Of a DNA stretch of 64,000 nucleotides, positions 1-11,714 are shown piece by piece. Every line of letters starts with the position of its first letter. Within the stretch, counting starts at the first letter, position 1. The translations under genes were made by a program, and so were the position numbers. The stretch lies in IMG/VR virus record IMGVR_UViG_3300037069_000805, positions 40,241 to 104,240 of that record; one strand, given 5' to 3'. Below the pieces are notes generated by a model. It did no database searches. It saw only the letters and a list, made by a program, of their open reading frames with translations, and was not told where the DNA came from. This DNA comes from a virus.

Positions 1-3000
1 TCATAAATAATTTACCCCACCAATGTCTTAATGCTTCTGGTTGAGTATTTGGATCATAATTACCAAAACAATCCATTATTTTCTTTTTAATTAACAGATT
101 AATTTTTGCCTTACCACCTTCATTAACTTTAGAAGTTAGTGATTGTGTAGTATAAATAACTTTATCGTTAATTTTAAGAATACCATCTTCTTTATCAATG
201 TATAACATGTCTAATAAAGATGCAGATTTAGATTTATCTACAACATTACCATTCTTATCAATATAATTATTATCAGCATCCATTACTTTAATACTGTCTA
301 ATACAGAAGCAGTAAGTACAGATTGTACCCAGTGTTCACCACCAGAATGCATAAATTGTAATGATTCAGCATTTACATAAGATTTTAAAACACCTTTTTT
401 AATAAAAGCTTCCATACTATTTCTATCAAATCCAAATGTATCAAACATTCTATTCATTTGATTTATAAATGATTTTTCAACAGGTTGACCTAAATCTTTC
501 ATAGTATTTGCAAATTCTTTAAAATATAAAGCTTCTGCTTTAGCAAGATTTGTTTTATTAATTACATTCTTACTTAACCCTTCTAAAAACATCATTGCTT
601 TAGCATTTAATATATTCTGAGTAGCTGCAAACTTATTTAAACTTAATCCAATAGTAGCAAGTGAACCATTCATAAATCCAATAGCTTTATTAACGTCTAC
701 AGGACCTAATTTACCAGCATAATGATGTCCAATATCATAAATGTTTTTTTCCATTAGAGATTGTAATCTTTTATAAGTATTACTATTCTCACCAGTATCT
801 AACATTTGTGGATTGTTTTTATTAAATATAGATTTAAGAACTTCTTTACCACTTTGAGTTTTATAATATTTTTTAGATTTAGCAATATCTGTAATAGTAT
901 TTAATTCTCTTTCTCTTTTAGACTTTTCTTTATAATTAATACCATTTAGATATTGTAGTCTAAATACTGTCATTAAATCTAATGATTGATCTTTAGGATC
1001 TATTTGACCACTATATCTAACAGGAATATTATAAAGAATATTATTATCATTATCAGTCCTATAATTAAAATCTATATCATCAGCTTTAATTGTAGTTAAA
1101 TCTGTCCATTTATCTTTTATAATACCTTTAATATCACCACCTAATACTCTTTCTAAGTCAGATTTAGTAATAGAAGGTAATTCATAATAATAAGCATTAT
1201 TCTTTTTATTACCTACAAATTTCTTTTTAGATTGTTTACCAAATGTTACATCTGTAACTAAATCTTGAATTTCTGTAAAAGTTTTTAATACATCTTTTTC
1301 AATATCAGATAAATTAACTTTATTTTCATATTTATCTATATTTTTTAAAAGTGTATATTTTTCTTTAGCTTTAGTTCCAAATTCTATAGAATTAGTTGTA
1401 TGAGTTTTTAATATTTCATCTATTTCAGAATCAATTTTATTTAATTTATCTTTAAATTCTAAATTATGTGTACCAAGTAAATAATAATTACCAGCTTTAT
1501 CTTGTTGAATAATATTTTTATAAAGTTTAGTTACATCTTCTGTACCTTTCTCTTTAACTAATTTATCAAACAAACCACTTAATTCAAATTCTTTTTGTCT
1601 AACTTGATCATTAATAGCCTCCTTAACCTCATTTAATATCTGATTAAATATTTGTATTAGATGAGAATTAGTATTAATAGAATCATTAAAGAATTTAGTG
1701 CCAGATGATATATCATATGCAGGACTATCTATTAAATTATTTACATAAGATTCAGCATCATTTTGAATATCTTCTTTATATGTAGTATTCATTTGTCTAG
1801 CAATCCATACATCTTCAGATTCAGTTCTAGGAATAACTTTATAATCAATTTTTAACTGATCTTTCCATTTAGTTTCTAATTCTGGTAAATATTGAATATT
1901 AGATATTGTTAATTTTAAAGCTTTTTTAAGATAAGAATTATATTCAGTTTTTAAACTATCATATGTTCCTATAATATGTTTTAATGCATCATCCATTTCA
2001 TTAATATCATCATTAGATAAACCAAATTTATTTTCTACTTTAATATCAGCTAATAAATCTTGAATATCTTTAGCAATAGTAAATGAATCTAAATATTTAC
2101 TATAATGACCAATAGTTTTTAATATTTCTTCTTCAGTAAAAGATTTTCTATCAAAACTTCTTTCTAGTGAATTAATATCTTCAAATAATGATTTAGTATA
2201 AAATGATACAGCTTCTAATTGTTTAGCAGCATCAAAGTTTTCTAAAGCTTTTAATGTTTCTTTAAATTTATCTGAAAATTTTATAAATTTATCTTGTTGT
2301 TCACCTTTAGTAGTTCTATTACCAATTGCATTATAAAAGTTAATATTTTGATCTAATATATCTTTAGCTTTATTAATTACATGAGTAATCTTCTTATCAA
2401 TAGTATTTAAGTCATAATAACCTTCTTTCTTGTCTTTTAAGACAGTTTTAAACATTGCTGGACTATATATATCACCTTCAAAAGAAAAGCCTTTAAAATC
2501 ACTATTATCATTATTCTCAACAAAGTCATTTACTTTATTAATTAATAATGCAGCATCTATAAGTTCATTATTAGATAATGTTCTAGGTAATCCAAATAAT
2601 CTTCTAATAATATCTTTTAATTCATTCCAGAAAGATTTATTTTGTCTTAATTCAGCTTGAAATTCTGGATTACTAAATATCTCAGCTACAAATTCATCAG
2701 TATTAGTAAAACCATACTTAGAATTTATATCACCTCTTTCATTTGCTACAAACTTATGTTGTTCAAATGCTTTTTCAATAAATTTTTTAAATTCTCTTTC
2801 TTCAAAAGTTTGAGGATTTTTTAATGCTTTATGAGTAATAGCGTGAACAACTTCATGTATAAATGATTCAATAGTTTGTTCTTTAGATAAAGATTCTAAC
2901 GACTCTTTAGCTATAATTATTTTATTAAGATTAGCATCGTAAGCCATAGCTACAGAACTATCTACATAATCATATCTTTTAGACATGTTTTCTAAAGTAT

Positions 3001-4396
3001 CTATTTCTACAGTAGCTTTAGTATTATTAATAATCTTTTGACCTTTTTCTAATAAAGTTATAAAATTAGGTTGTAAATTCTCTTTATTTTGATTAATGAT
3101 ATTAGTTAAAACTTCTTCTACAGTATAACTATATTTTTCTTCAGAATTAAATAATAATTGTTTATTAGATTGAGTATTATCTGTTTTAATATTTGTAGTT
3201 GATGTATTTTCACCAGTAGTAAATATTTCTTCTTTTTTATTTTCATCTAATAATTTATTAAATAATATAGTAGAATTATCTCTTTCATTATCTAAAATAA
3301 CTTCATTCCAAGTATTATCATATTCGTCAGTAATTTGATTAGAATTATAATAATTTTGTAAATTTTTTCTAATTTTATCTTGACTTAATTTTTTAAATGA
3401 TTCCAAACTTTCAATTTGTTTTTCTAAATCATCAATTTTATCTGTAATGTTAAATAATTGATTATCATAAATTTCTTTAGTTATTTCATATTCTAAAGGA
3501 CCAACTCCTTCTGGAGTATTATTATCTATTTTAATATCTCCAATTTTAGAAGTAGTTTTAAAATTTAATAATTGTTTTCTTGCTAATATTAATTTTTTAT
3601 TTAATTCTTCAATTTTATTTTCAAAATATTTATTTATATTTTCAAGTTCTCTTTTAGCTATTTTGTCAGTAATTTTATTATTTAATTTTACAACTTTATT
3701 TGAAATTATAAGTTGGTATAAATCTTTAATTGTAGAATCTTCAGGTATTTTTATATTATCGTTAATTCCAAAAAATTCTTTAATAAAATCTAAAATTTTA
3801 CTTAATATAGAACGTTTAACTTTTAAATCTTCATTTTTAAATTCTTTTTCAATTGCTCTTACAATATATTCTTCTTGTTGCCAAGATTTTGGCATATCGG
3901 AATATGTTTTATTATTTAAAAATGAAGATATTTCTGGATATAATCTTTTAGAATCATTATAAATTTTATTAAATAATTCAGGATTTGAAGAATTTAAATA
4001 AGTTACAAAAGGATGTGATATTTCATGTAAAAATGTACTAGCATTTACTTTGTTTTTATTTAAATTTACAGTATTTGTATTTTTATCATATTCACCATAT
4101 GTTATAAAACCATCTTCTTTATCTTTAAATTCAACAAGGTTTAAATTTACTTTTTTATCTTTTGCAAAATAATTTAAACTTTTAATTATTTTTTCATCAT
4201 TATCTTCATTAATTAAATTTAAATTATTTTGATAATTTATTTCATTAGATTGTTGTAATTCATCAATAGTAGGAAAACTATCTACACCATTTTTATCCTG
4301 AAAGATAGAAATTTTAGCTTTCAGGATAATTGGATTTAAATCTGTTTGTTCTAATAGCTCTTTGTATTGAGCATCATTTATATTTATACAATTCAT
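1..4396 (-). CDS. Giant virion cargo protein with two zincin-like (HExxH) domains; 3' end lies outside the window (>1465 aa)
   Basis: Not in the ORF track because it is truncated. ATG at 4396-4394 overlaps the upstream TGA (ATGA); translation starts MNCININDAQYKELLEQ; motifs FLHEISHP (~4010-4035) and FIHEVVHA...TDEFVAE (~2685-2870); open in the segments I translated by hand; downstream of the vRNAP as in crAss-like cargo cassettes. Confidence 0.8.
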   Translation of the reverse strand, partial: MNCININDAQYKELLEQTDLNPIILKAKISIFQDKNGVDSFPTIDELQQSNEINYQNNLNLINEDNDEKIIKSLNYFAKDKKVNLNLVEFKDKEDGFITYGEYDKNTNTVNLNKNKVNASTFLHEISHPFVTYLNSSNPELFNKIYNDSKRLYPEISSFLNNKTYSDMPKSWQQEEYIVRAIEKEFKNEDLKVKRSILSKILDFIKEFFGINDNIKIPEDSTIKDLYQLIISNKVVKLNNKITDKIAKRELENINKYFENKIEELNKKLILARKQLLNFKTTSKIGDIKIDNNTPEGVGPLEYEITKEIYDNQLFNITDKIDDLEKQIESLESFKKLSQDKIRKNLQNYYNSNQITDEYDNTWNEVILDNERDNSTILFNKLLDENKKEEIFTTGENTSTTNIKTDNTQSNKQLLFNSEEKYSYTVEEVLTNIINQNKENLQPNFITLLEKGQKIINNTKATVEIDTLENMSKRYDYVDSSVAMAYDANLNKIIIAKESLESLSKEQTIESFIHEVVHAITHKALKNPQTFEEREFKKFIEKAFEQHKFVANERGDINSKYGFTNTDEFVAEIFSNPEFQAELRQNKSFWNELKDIIRRLFGLPRTLSNNELIDAALLINKVNDFVENNDNSDFKGFSFEGDIYSPAMFKTVLKDKKEGYYDLNTIDKKITHVINKAKDILDQNINFYNAIGNRTTKGEQQDKFIKFSDKFKETLKALENFDAAKQLEAVSFYTKSLFEDINSLERSFDRKSFTEEEILKTIGHYSKYLDSFTIAKDIQDLLADIKVENKFGLSNDDINEMDDALKHIIGTYDSLKTEYNSYLKKALKLTISNIQYLPELETKWKDQLKIDYKVIPRTESEDVWIARQMNTTYKEDIQNDAESYVNNLIDSPAYDISSGTKFFNDSINTNSHLIQIFNQILNEVKEAINDQVRQKEFELSGLFDKLVKEKGTEDVTKLYKNIIQQDKAGNYYLLGTHNLEFKDKLNKIDSEIDEILKTHTTNSIEFGTKAKEKYTLLKNIDKYENKVNLSDIEKDVLKTFTEIQDLVTDVTFGKQSKKKFVGNKKNNAYYYELPSITKSDLERVLGGDIKGIIKDKWTDLTTIKADDIDFNYRTDNDNNILYNIPVRYSGQIDPKDQSLDLMTVFRLQYLNGINYKEKSKRERELNTITDIAKSKKYYKTQSGKEVLKSIFNKNNPQMLDTGENSNTYKRLQSLMEKNIYDIGHHYAGKLGPVDVNKAIGFMNGSLATIGLSLNKFAATQNILNAKAMMFLEGLSKNVINKTNLAKAEALYFKEFANTMKDLGQPVEKSFINQMNRMFDTFGFDRNSMEAFIKKGVLKSYVNAESLQFMHSGGEHWVQSVLTASVLDSIKVMDADNNYIDKNGNVVDKSKSASLLDMLYIDKEDGILKINDKVIYTTQSLTSKVNEGGKAKINLLIKKKIMDCFGNYDPNTQPEALRHWWGKLFM

Positions 4397-5109
4397 ATTT
4401 TTTCTATTTTAAAACACTCTGTTGAACTACCTAAAAATTTGTTATTAGGAATGTAGTGAAAATTTTTTAGATATTTTATTAATAATTTTTCAGAAGTCCA
4501 AATATTTTCTGGAGTATCTTCTATTTGAGATAACATTTCTAACTTATAACCTGTTTTAGAAAAACCACTATATCTTCTATTTATATTTTTATGTTTAGTT
4601 ATACCTATTTTAAAAAAAGACTCATTTTCATTGTATATATTTAATAAATATAAATAAGCTTTATTATTAATACATATAGCTTTCCAGTTTTTAAATTTGA
4701 AATTATTATAATCTCTTGGATAACATTCTGGACATCCTTTACCTCTTAGAACATTTCTAGCTATCGTTTTAAAATGTCCATGATGATTACAAGTTAAAAT
4801 AACTTCATTCAGAATTCCTCTAAATTCAAGTTTATCAAATGAATATAAATCATTGTAAGCTTCTTTAACATCAAATATATATTTTTCTCTTCCTATTTTT
4901 AATTTAGTCTTTGATTTATTAATATCTCCACATTTTTTACAATTTCTAGAATGTGTTAAAAAATTATTAACAATAATTTCAAAATCACCATGTTTTTTAC
5001 ATGTAATTGTTACTTTATCATTATAAGATATAAAGATACTTTTTGAATAATCATATTTATTTCCATGAGTGTCCTTACATCTTTTAATAAATTCTTCTTG
5101 TGTTATCAT
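4393..5109 (-). CDS. Free-standing putative homing endonuclease (CxxHG/CxxC Zn-binding repeats plus GIY-YIG-like C-terminal domain)
   Basis: Two repeats ITCKKHGDF..CKKC and LTCNHHGHF..CPEC; C-terminal YLY..FFKIGIT..R..TECF; likely start ATG 5109 (MITQEEFIK) just after the RNAP stop, rather than 5190. Confidence 0.75.
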   Translation of the reverse strand: MITQEEFIKRCKDTHGNKYDYSKSIFISYNDKVTITCKKHGDFEIIVNNFLTHSRNCKKCGDINKSKTKLKIGREKYIFDVKEAYNDLYSFDKLEFRGILNEVILTCNHHGHFKTIARNVLRGKGCPECYPRDYNNFKFKNWKAICINNKAYLYLLNIYNENESFFKIGITKHKNINRRYSGFSKTGYKLEMLSQIEDTPENIWTSEKLLIKYLKNFHYIPNNKFLGSSTECFKIEKI

Positions 5110-5110
5110 A

Positions 5111-8100
5111 TTAACAAGATTTTTTCTGCCATAATATTGTAGCTTTTTCTTCTTCAGATAGATTATTATATTCTTGTTCAGATAATTCATTAAAAGTATT
5201 ATCTTTAGGTTCTATTGAAGTTTTTTCATTACTAGGTAATATACTTCTTTCTGTTTCATTCATATCTATATCATAAGCTACTTCAGGTAGCAATGTTTCA
5301 TTATAATATTTTAACAATCCTTCTTTATTAGCAATATCATTTTGAGCTAATAATGATCTATTGTTTTCATCAAATGAATATTCAAAATATTTATTACCTT
5401 GTTTATCTTTAAAACCTTTAGTATAAGTTCTTACATAAATTGGATCATGATGTTGGTCATATCCTATAAGTTTAAATAAATTATCATTCTGTTTAATATA
5501 TCTTCTAACCTTATTAACAAGTTGAGAATCTAATACAAATCCAAAATCTTTACTACCTCTTAATATTTGATTAGTAAATACGTTAGGAACATATAAAGAA
5601 TTATCATAATTATTCTGATAAAGCTGTTCTATAAAATTAGTATCAATATGTTTAAGTTCTCTTGAATTTAAATAACCATTAATATCTTTTTCAATAAAGA
5701 ATTCATTAGGTATTAATGTAAAAAATTGTCCTTTATTCATATTAAATCCTGATGTAATATAAGAATATTTAACTAAGTTTTCAGCCATTTCTTTATCATT
5801 ATTTAACATATCTAACCAAGACTTAGTAAGTTCTTGTTGAATATCAGCACTTTTTCTTCTATTACTTAATGTAATAAATAATTTATCATCTTTATTTTTA
5901 GATAAATCTAATTCTTTAAGAATAGCATATCTATTAGACTTACTATCTTTAAAAGCACTAAATTCTTTAACAAAATCATTAGATGTTAAATGTGTATATT
6001 CTGGAGAAGATGTTTTAATACCTTCAAATCCAGATAGTACATATGATAAGTATTTCTGTTCTAAGTCTTTACCAAAATCTTCATCCATTAACTTAGTACC
6101 TTTAACATCATTACTAATGATATCAAAGTTATTTATAATACTAGATTGAGTCATAAAGAATAATTTAGGATTTTTAACAACCATATTTATCATATCAAAT
6201 ATAGAATTATTTGTATAATGACCCAATAAAGTAGGTTTACCATTTCTTTCTAACTTGGTTTCAAATCCTAATAATTGACCTTTATCTTTATTATTTAATA
6301 AATCATTAATAATATTATTTCTAGCAACTAATGAAGTTACTGTTGAACCTATACCAGATACATCTTGTGTAGAACCATCAATATTTTTCTTCATTTTTTT
6401 AGCATCTTCTTTTAATTTAAAGAATGTAGATAATACTTTCATCTGAAATTCAGGAGTATCATTTAATAATAATGAATTAAACTCTGGAAAATAGCTCGGT
6501 TCTATCTGTTGTGATTTAACAAATGAAGCCTGTCTAGTACTAACTATATTAATAAATCTATCAAAACTTTCTTTATATTGTATAAGTTGTTCTTTAGTAA
6601 ATAAGGCTTTTTTAGTTCTTTCACCATCTTCAGTTACAAACTTTTTAGCTGATTGTAACTTAGTATTAATTTCATTATATGTTAATTTCTTATAATCAGT
6701 TTCAAAACTATTTTTAAATACTAATTTATGTAAATCTGCAACAGATATATTTCTATCACCAAATGGTAATTGTAATTGGAAATCTTTAGAATTTCTTAAT
6801 ACATCTAGTTTAAATTTATTTTCAATGTTACCAGTATCATTATTAATTTTAGATTCTTTATTGTTTTGAAATTGTATAAAACTTTTAAGAATTGGTTGTT
6901 TTAAGAAAGCATTTACTTGAAATGGATGTGCTCCAGCTCTTAATAACATATTACCAACATTTGTAGTAGCTGTATTCCAGTTACCTCTAGTAATATAAGG
7001 ATCTTTAGCTATATCTACAAAAGCATTAAGAATAGCTGATAATGAATTAGCTATCTTGATTTTTTTTAGACTTTCTAAATCAGAAGCACTTATTTTAGAA
7101 TCAGATAATTCATTATATTTTTTAGAATATAATTTTAAATCTTCATCTGATAATTCTTCTGAAAACTCTTCATCAAATTTAGTTTCACCTAATTCATTTT
7201 TAAAACCAACACCTAAATAATAACCATTAAATCTAAGATTAGCCATAGTACCTCTAACATGATCTACTAATGAATTAGCTTCCATTCCAACTCCAGCTTT
7301 ACCAGCTTTATATTGAGCTTTAATATATATATCTTTAAGTCCATCAAAATGATATGTATCACTAGTTTCATCTTCTTTATTAAAAGCTAAAATATCATTT
7401 TTAATAAAGTCAAAATCAATAGGTGTCATTAAATCATTTAATACATCTGGACTAGTAAATACAGCTTTATAAGCTTCAATAAGATCATTTTCTAATGAAT
7501 CTTTATATACTAACTTACCATCTACCTTATTAAATGAAGGTATCATCATATACATTTTATCAATATCGTAGTCACTACCAGTCTTAGTAGTAATACCTGT
7601 ATAAGCAACAATAGTATCACCCATTCCTTCTGGTAATATACCAGCTATTTGAAATGCATCATTTGAAGAAATTCCTTGATTAGGTATTCTATATCCAATA
7701 ATATTATTTAGTATCTTATAATCAATTAAACCACCTTCATATTCATTAGTTTCAGGATTTAATGTACCAAATAATATTTCTGGTTTATTAGTATAATCTC
7801 TATAATTAGGAATATGTTGTGCTATTAATGAACCTGGTATTAATATACCTGCTGGTCTAATCAATGGTTTACCATTAGGACCTTTTAATATATTACCAAT
7901 ACCATCTTTTTGTACTGTATAAGGTTGTACTTTATTTTCTGACCAAGGTGTCCATAAAACTCCTTTTTCATTTGCTTCAGTTTTATTTAAACCAAAATCA
8001 GACATTTGAATAAAAGAACCACCATTAGTTTTAATCTTAACAACTCTATCTAATACAATAGATGCAAACATATTCATAATCTTACCATATGCTTGTGGTA

Positions 8101-11100
8101 TACCTACTGGATTAATTTGAGCTTTTAAACCGTTAATAATATTTTTATTACCTTCTTGTTCAATTAATTGATTGGCTAAACTATCATAAAATAAAGATAC
8201 ATTATTAATTTTACCATTCTCATCAATACCTAATTCTTTATATAGTTGTTTAACACCTTTATTAGATAATTGTCCAACTATATTATTAATTTTATCAATT
8301 AATTGACTACCAGTTATATCTTCACCTTTATAATGAAACATTTTATCTAAATTAAAAGATAATCCTTGAAATACATTCTTTTGTATCTGAGAACCTGTAT
8401 CAGTATCATGTACACCCTTAGTAGGTAAATCTTGTTGAAGTTTCCAACCTGAATTTAAAAGTTCTTGTTTATTTAAAGTAAAATCTTTTTCTAATTCAGT
8501 TTCATTACCATCTTTATGTAATCTAGTAGTATTTAAAGAACCTACTTTAATACCATCTAATGTAATAACCTCATGTATCTGATCATTATAATGACTAGCT
8601 TCAGTCATTTTATTATACATATTCTCTAAAGATGTTCCTCTAATTAAAGAGGGAATAAGTACAGCTTGTGAATATTTAAGCATTGTAGGAACTCCATCTT
8701 TTACTTCAAAATATACACCTTTTAAAGGTTGCATTACAAATTTTAACTCTTTTTCAGTAAGAGTTTCTTCATTCTTTGTAATTTTATTATATACATGTTC
8801 ATAATTATCATTCCATTTACCCAAACCATTCATAATAAACTTCCATCTTGTAGGAGTTATCCATGCTTGAGCATCTGCAATATTAATATTATTACCCTTA
8901 TATTCTTTACCTTTATATGTAATACTATTAGTAGAACCAATATAATGTGCAGCAATTTCTGGTTTTAATATTTTATTATCAACTAATTCTTGAAAATAAT
9001 CTGTAAATGGTGAGCCACCTTCTACTGAAGCAATTGAAGCAATATTAAAATATTTATCATTAGTATTAAGATATTGACCATCTGTATAAGTAGCAGGTAC
9101 TCTTTTCTTATAATCAACCATATTTTTATAATATGCATAATCACCTGAAAAAGCTTTAGAATATTCTATTTGAGAAATTAAACCATTAATATATACATCT
9201 GCAGCAATTTGCTCTCTTATTTTATAAGATGATAATTGATTTTTATCTGCATATTTTTGATATATAGCACTATCAATAGCATAATTTTCAGTATCTAATT
9301 TATCAGTACCTTTAAATAATTCAATATCTAACATGGTATTTAATGTACCATTAATATTTTCTTTAATATTTTGTTTAATATGTTCTTTAATTGCAATTTT
9401 TATTCTACTTGGAAATGTATTCATTACAGGAAATCCAGTTACAGAATCATATAATATAACATCATTACCTTCTAAATCTTTAATTTTAGGTAATGTGGAT
9501 AACTTTCCTTTATTAAAGTCAACAGATAATGAAGGAAATAAAGCTGATTTAAGACCATTTTTATTACCAAGATGATAATGAATATATAACTTACTATTAT
9601 CTTTGTTTAAATCAGCTTGTTTTATCTCATAAGCTACTTTATTCATCCTATCATACTCATCTATAAAGTAATTATACAATACTTCAATAGCTTCATCATT
9701 AATAATATCGTTTTCAGAATCATAATTTGATTCAATAAATATTTCTTTAGGATATTCTATTAGTTTTTGTTGAGATTTATCTGCTGGAGTAACTGTTCTA
9801 ATAATAGGATTATTATTTTTAACAAAAGATAATAAATTATTAATATAACTAGCAATTTCATCATTAGTAGTTATTTCTTTATTATCTACAGCATTTTTAA
9901 AATCTTCAGTTTCCTGTAAATTATTAAATATACCTACATTAAAATTTTCTAATCTATCTTTTATTACATTATCTTTTTCAGCTGGAGTTAAATATTCTAA
10001 ATCTGAAGCTAATAAATAATTTAATAATTTAGATCTTTTATTAAATGGTGTTGATTCTAAATGTTGTCTAATTAATTCAGGATGTTTTTTCCATTTTTCA
10101 ACCTTAATAGTTAAATAATCTGGTTTACTAAAAACCCATTTGGTAGTTCCTGCAGAAAATATAGTTGATTCAGAACCTTCTGTAAAATATTTTGCTTCAG
10201 CATTAGCTAATTGTTTAAATATATTTTCATATTTTAAAGCATTACCTTCTGAAGGTTTAATATTTTTGTTAAGTATATTTTTGGAAAAGTATTGTAATTT
10301 ATTTATTAAACTATTTGTAGCAAGTTTTATAGAATCTGTATCATATATATCTTCTAGATTATTTCTAAGAAAATAATTCATACCTTCTTCTGTAGTAACT
10401 AAACCTAAATCAGACAATATTTTAACTAAAGGATTTAATTTATGTAATAATTCAGTAGATATTAAATCTTCTTTAACTATTTTAGTATTAAATTCTTGTT
10501 TAAAATCATTAATTTTATCTGAAACTATTTTAAATTTTTCATATTTAAAATTATCGTTATTAAGATATATTTCATTAAATTTAATACCCCATTCTTCCAA
10601 TATTCTAGAAGCTTTGGAATTAGTTTCAGTAACAGGTAATACTCTTTGTGAATAATTAGTTAATAAATTATCTTTAGTATATTGCTTATCTACTTCAAAT
10701 GTATAAAATTCATTTTTTGACAAATCAAATGCTTGTACAAATTTATTCTTAGTATTTAAACTTAAAGGTTTGTTAGTACTTTCTAATATATTAAGTACAT
10801 CTTTAATGAAAGGTTGAAATTCTTTCTCTTTTTCTAGTATACTTATAAATTCATTAAACTTATTTTCATCATCTTTAACTACAACATTATTTAATACTTG
10901 TAATAGATGTCCATATACTTGTTCAAATGTATAAAATGAATTACTATCTAATACATCATCTACCTCATTAACATTTGGTATTAAAGATAACATAAGTTTA
11001 ACATCAGAATTAATATTTTCTTTATATGATCTTTCATATGATGATACATTAAAAGAATGTTCTCTTGTATCATCTTGAACAGTATTCATATCATCAATAT

Positions 11101-11713
11101 TATTTTCATTTTCATTATACTTAATCTTAATAGATTTAAAATAATCTATAACCTCATCTTTAATCTCATCAATATTATCTAATAATTTAGTGATACGTTG
11201 TGATTTGATTTTAGCTATAGGTGTACTAATTGTAGATAATTCTTTAAGTTTATTATGTAAAGTATCTTCTATAAATTTACTAATATTAGTATTACTAGTT
11301 TGATTAAAATCTAAATCTTCAAATTGTTCAACTAATCTAAAATTATTTTTAATATATTGAGCACCTAAAGTTTTCTTAAGTTTATTAATACTATTAGATG
11401 TTAATACTTTAGTTAAACCTTTTTCAGGGAAAAATACTCTTTCATTATTTTTATTTAAATAATAATGTCTATTATAGTTTTCATCTTTAAATAACTTAGG
11501 TTCACCATTATCATCAACTCTGTCTTGATTAATTTCCTTAACTTCATTCTGATAATCTTCTTCATAATTACCAAATTGATTTATAAAACTTTCAGATTTA
11601 AATTGTGTATAATAACGATTAGCTAACAATTCATCATTACTAGTTAATTTAAGTAAACTATTAAATAAAATAGATTCATTATCATTTGTATTTGTTTGTC
11701 TTTTACAACTCAT
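5111..11713 (-). CDS. Virion-packaged single-chain DNA-dependent RNA polymerase (phi14:2 gp66-like)
   Basis: 2200 aa; GYRIPNQG and GSDYDIDK catalytic motif (7559-7573), AFVDIAKDP; size and position match the crAss-like vRNAP. Confidence 0.92.
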   Translation of the reverse strand: MSCKRQTNTNDNESILFNSLLKLTSNDELLANRYYTQFKSESFINQFGNYEEDYQNEVKEINQDRVDDNGEPKLFKDENYNRHYYLNKNNERVFFPEKGLTKVLTSNSINKLKKTLGAQYIKNNFRLVEQFEDLDFNQTSNTNISKFIEDTLHNKLKELSTISTPIAKIKSQRITKLLDNIDEIKDEVIDYFKSIKIKYNENENNIDDMNTVQDDTREHSFNVSSYERSYKENINSDVKLMLSLIPNVNEVDDVLDSNSFYTFEQVYGHLLQVLNNVVVKDDENKFNEFISILEKEKEFQPFIKDVLNILESTNKPLSLNTKNKFVQAFDLSKNEFYTFEVDKQYTKDNLLTNYSQRVLPVTETNSKASRILEEWGIKFNEIYLNNDNFKYEKFKIVSDKINDFKQEFNTKIVKEDLISTELLHKLNPLVKILSDLGLVTTEEGMNYFLRNNLEDIYDTDSIKLATNSLINKLQYFSKNILNKNIKPSEGNALKYENIFKQLANAEAKYFTEGSESTIFSAGTTKWVFSKPDYLTIKVEKWKKHPELIRQHLESTPFNKRSKLLNYLLASDLEYLTPAEKDNVIKDRLENFNVGIFNNLQETEDFKNAVDNKEITTNDEIASYINNLLSFVKNNNPIIRTVTPADKSQQKLIEYPKEIFIESNYDSENDIINDEAIEVLYNYFIDEYDRMNKVAYEIKQADLNKDNSKLYIHYHLGNKNGLKSALFPSLSVDFNKGKLSTLPKIKDLEGNDVILYDSVTGFPVMNTFPSRIKIAIKEHIKQNIKENINGTLNTMLDIELFKGTDKLDTENYAIDSAIYQKYADKNQLSSYKIREQIAADVYINGLISQIEYSKAFSGDYAYYKNMVDYKKRVPATYTDGQYLNTNDKYFNIASIASVEGGSPFTDYFQELVDNKILKPEIAAHYIGSTNSITYKGKEYKGNNINIADAQAWITPTRWKFIMNGLGKWNDNYEHVYNKITKNEETLTEKELKFVMQPLKGVYFEVKDGVPTMLKYSQAVLIPSLIRGTSLENMYNKMTEASHYNDQIHEVITLDGIKVGSLNTTRLHKDGNETELEKDFTLNKQELLNSGWKLQQDLPTKGVHDTDTGSQIQKNVFQGLSFNLDKMFHYKGEDITGSQLIDKINNIVGQLSNKGVKQLYKELGIDENGKINNVSLFYDSLANQLIEQEGNKNIINGLKAQINPVGIPQAYGKIMNMFASIVLDRVVKIKTNGGSFIQMSDFGLNKTEANEKGVLWTPWSENKVQPYTVQKDGIGNILKGPNGKPLIRPAGILIPGSLIAQHIPNYRDYTNKPEILFGTLNPETNEYEGGLIDYKILNNIIGYRIPNQGISSNDAFQIAGILPEGMGDTIVAYTGITTKTGSDYDIDKMYMMIPSFNKVDGKLVYKDSLENDLIEAYKAVFTSPDVLNDLMTPIDFDFIKNDILAFNKEDETSDTYHFDGLKDIYIKAQYKAGKAGVGMEANSLVDHVRGTMANLRFNGYYLGVGFKNELGETKFDEEFSEELSDEDLKLYSKKYNELSDSKISASDLESLKKIKIANSLSAILNAFVDIAKDPYITRGNWNTATTNVGNMLLRAGAHPFQVNAFLKQPILKSFIQFQNNKESKINNDTGNIENKFKLDVLRNSKDFQLQLPFGDRNISVADLHKLVFKNSFETDYKKLTYNEINTKLQSAKKFVTEDGERTKKALFTKEQLIQYKESFDRFINIVSTRQASFVKSQQIEPSYFPEFNSLLLNDTPEFQMKVLSTFFKLKEDAKKMKKNIDGSTQDVSGIGSTVTSLVARNNIINDLLNNKDKGQLLGFETKLERNGKPTLLGHYTNNSIFDMINMVVKNPKLFFMTQSSIINNFDIISNDVKGTKLMDEDFGKDLEQKYLSYVLSGFEGIKTSSPEYTHLTSNDFVKEFSAFKDSKSNRYAILKELDLSKNKDDKLFITLSNRRKSADIQQELTKSWLDMLNNDKEMAENLVKYSYITSGFNMNKGQFFTLIPNEFFIEKDINGYLNSRELKHIDTNFIEQLYQNNYDNSLYVPNVFTNQILRGSKDFGFVLDSQLVNKVRRYIKQNDNLFKLIGYDQHHDPIYVRTYTKGFKDKQGNKYFEYSFDENNRSLLAQNDIANKEGLLKYYNETLLPEVAYDIDMNETERSILPSNEKTSIEPKDNTFNELSEQEYNNLSEEEKATILWQKKSC

Positions 11714-11714
11714 A

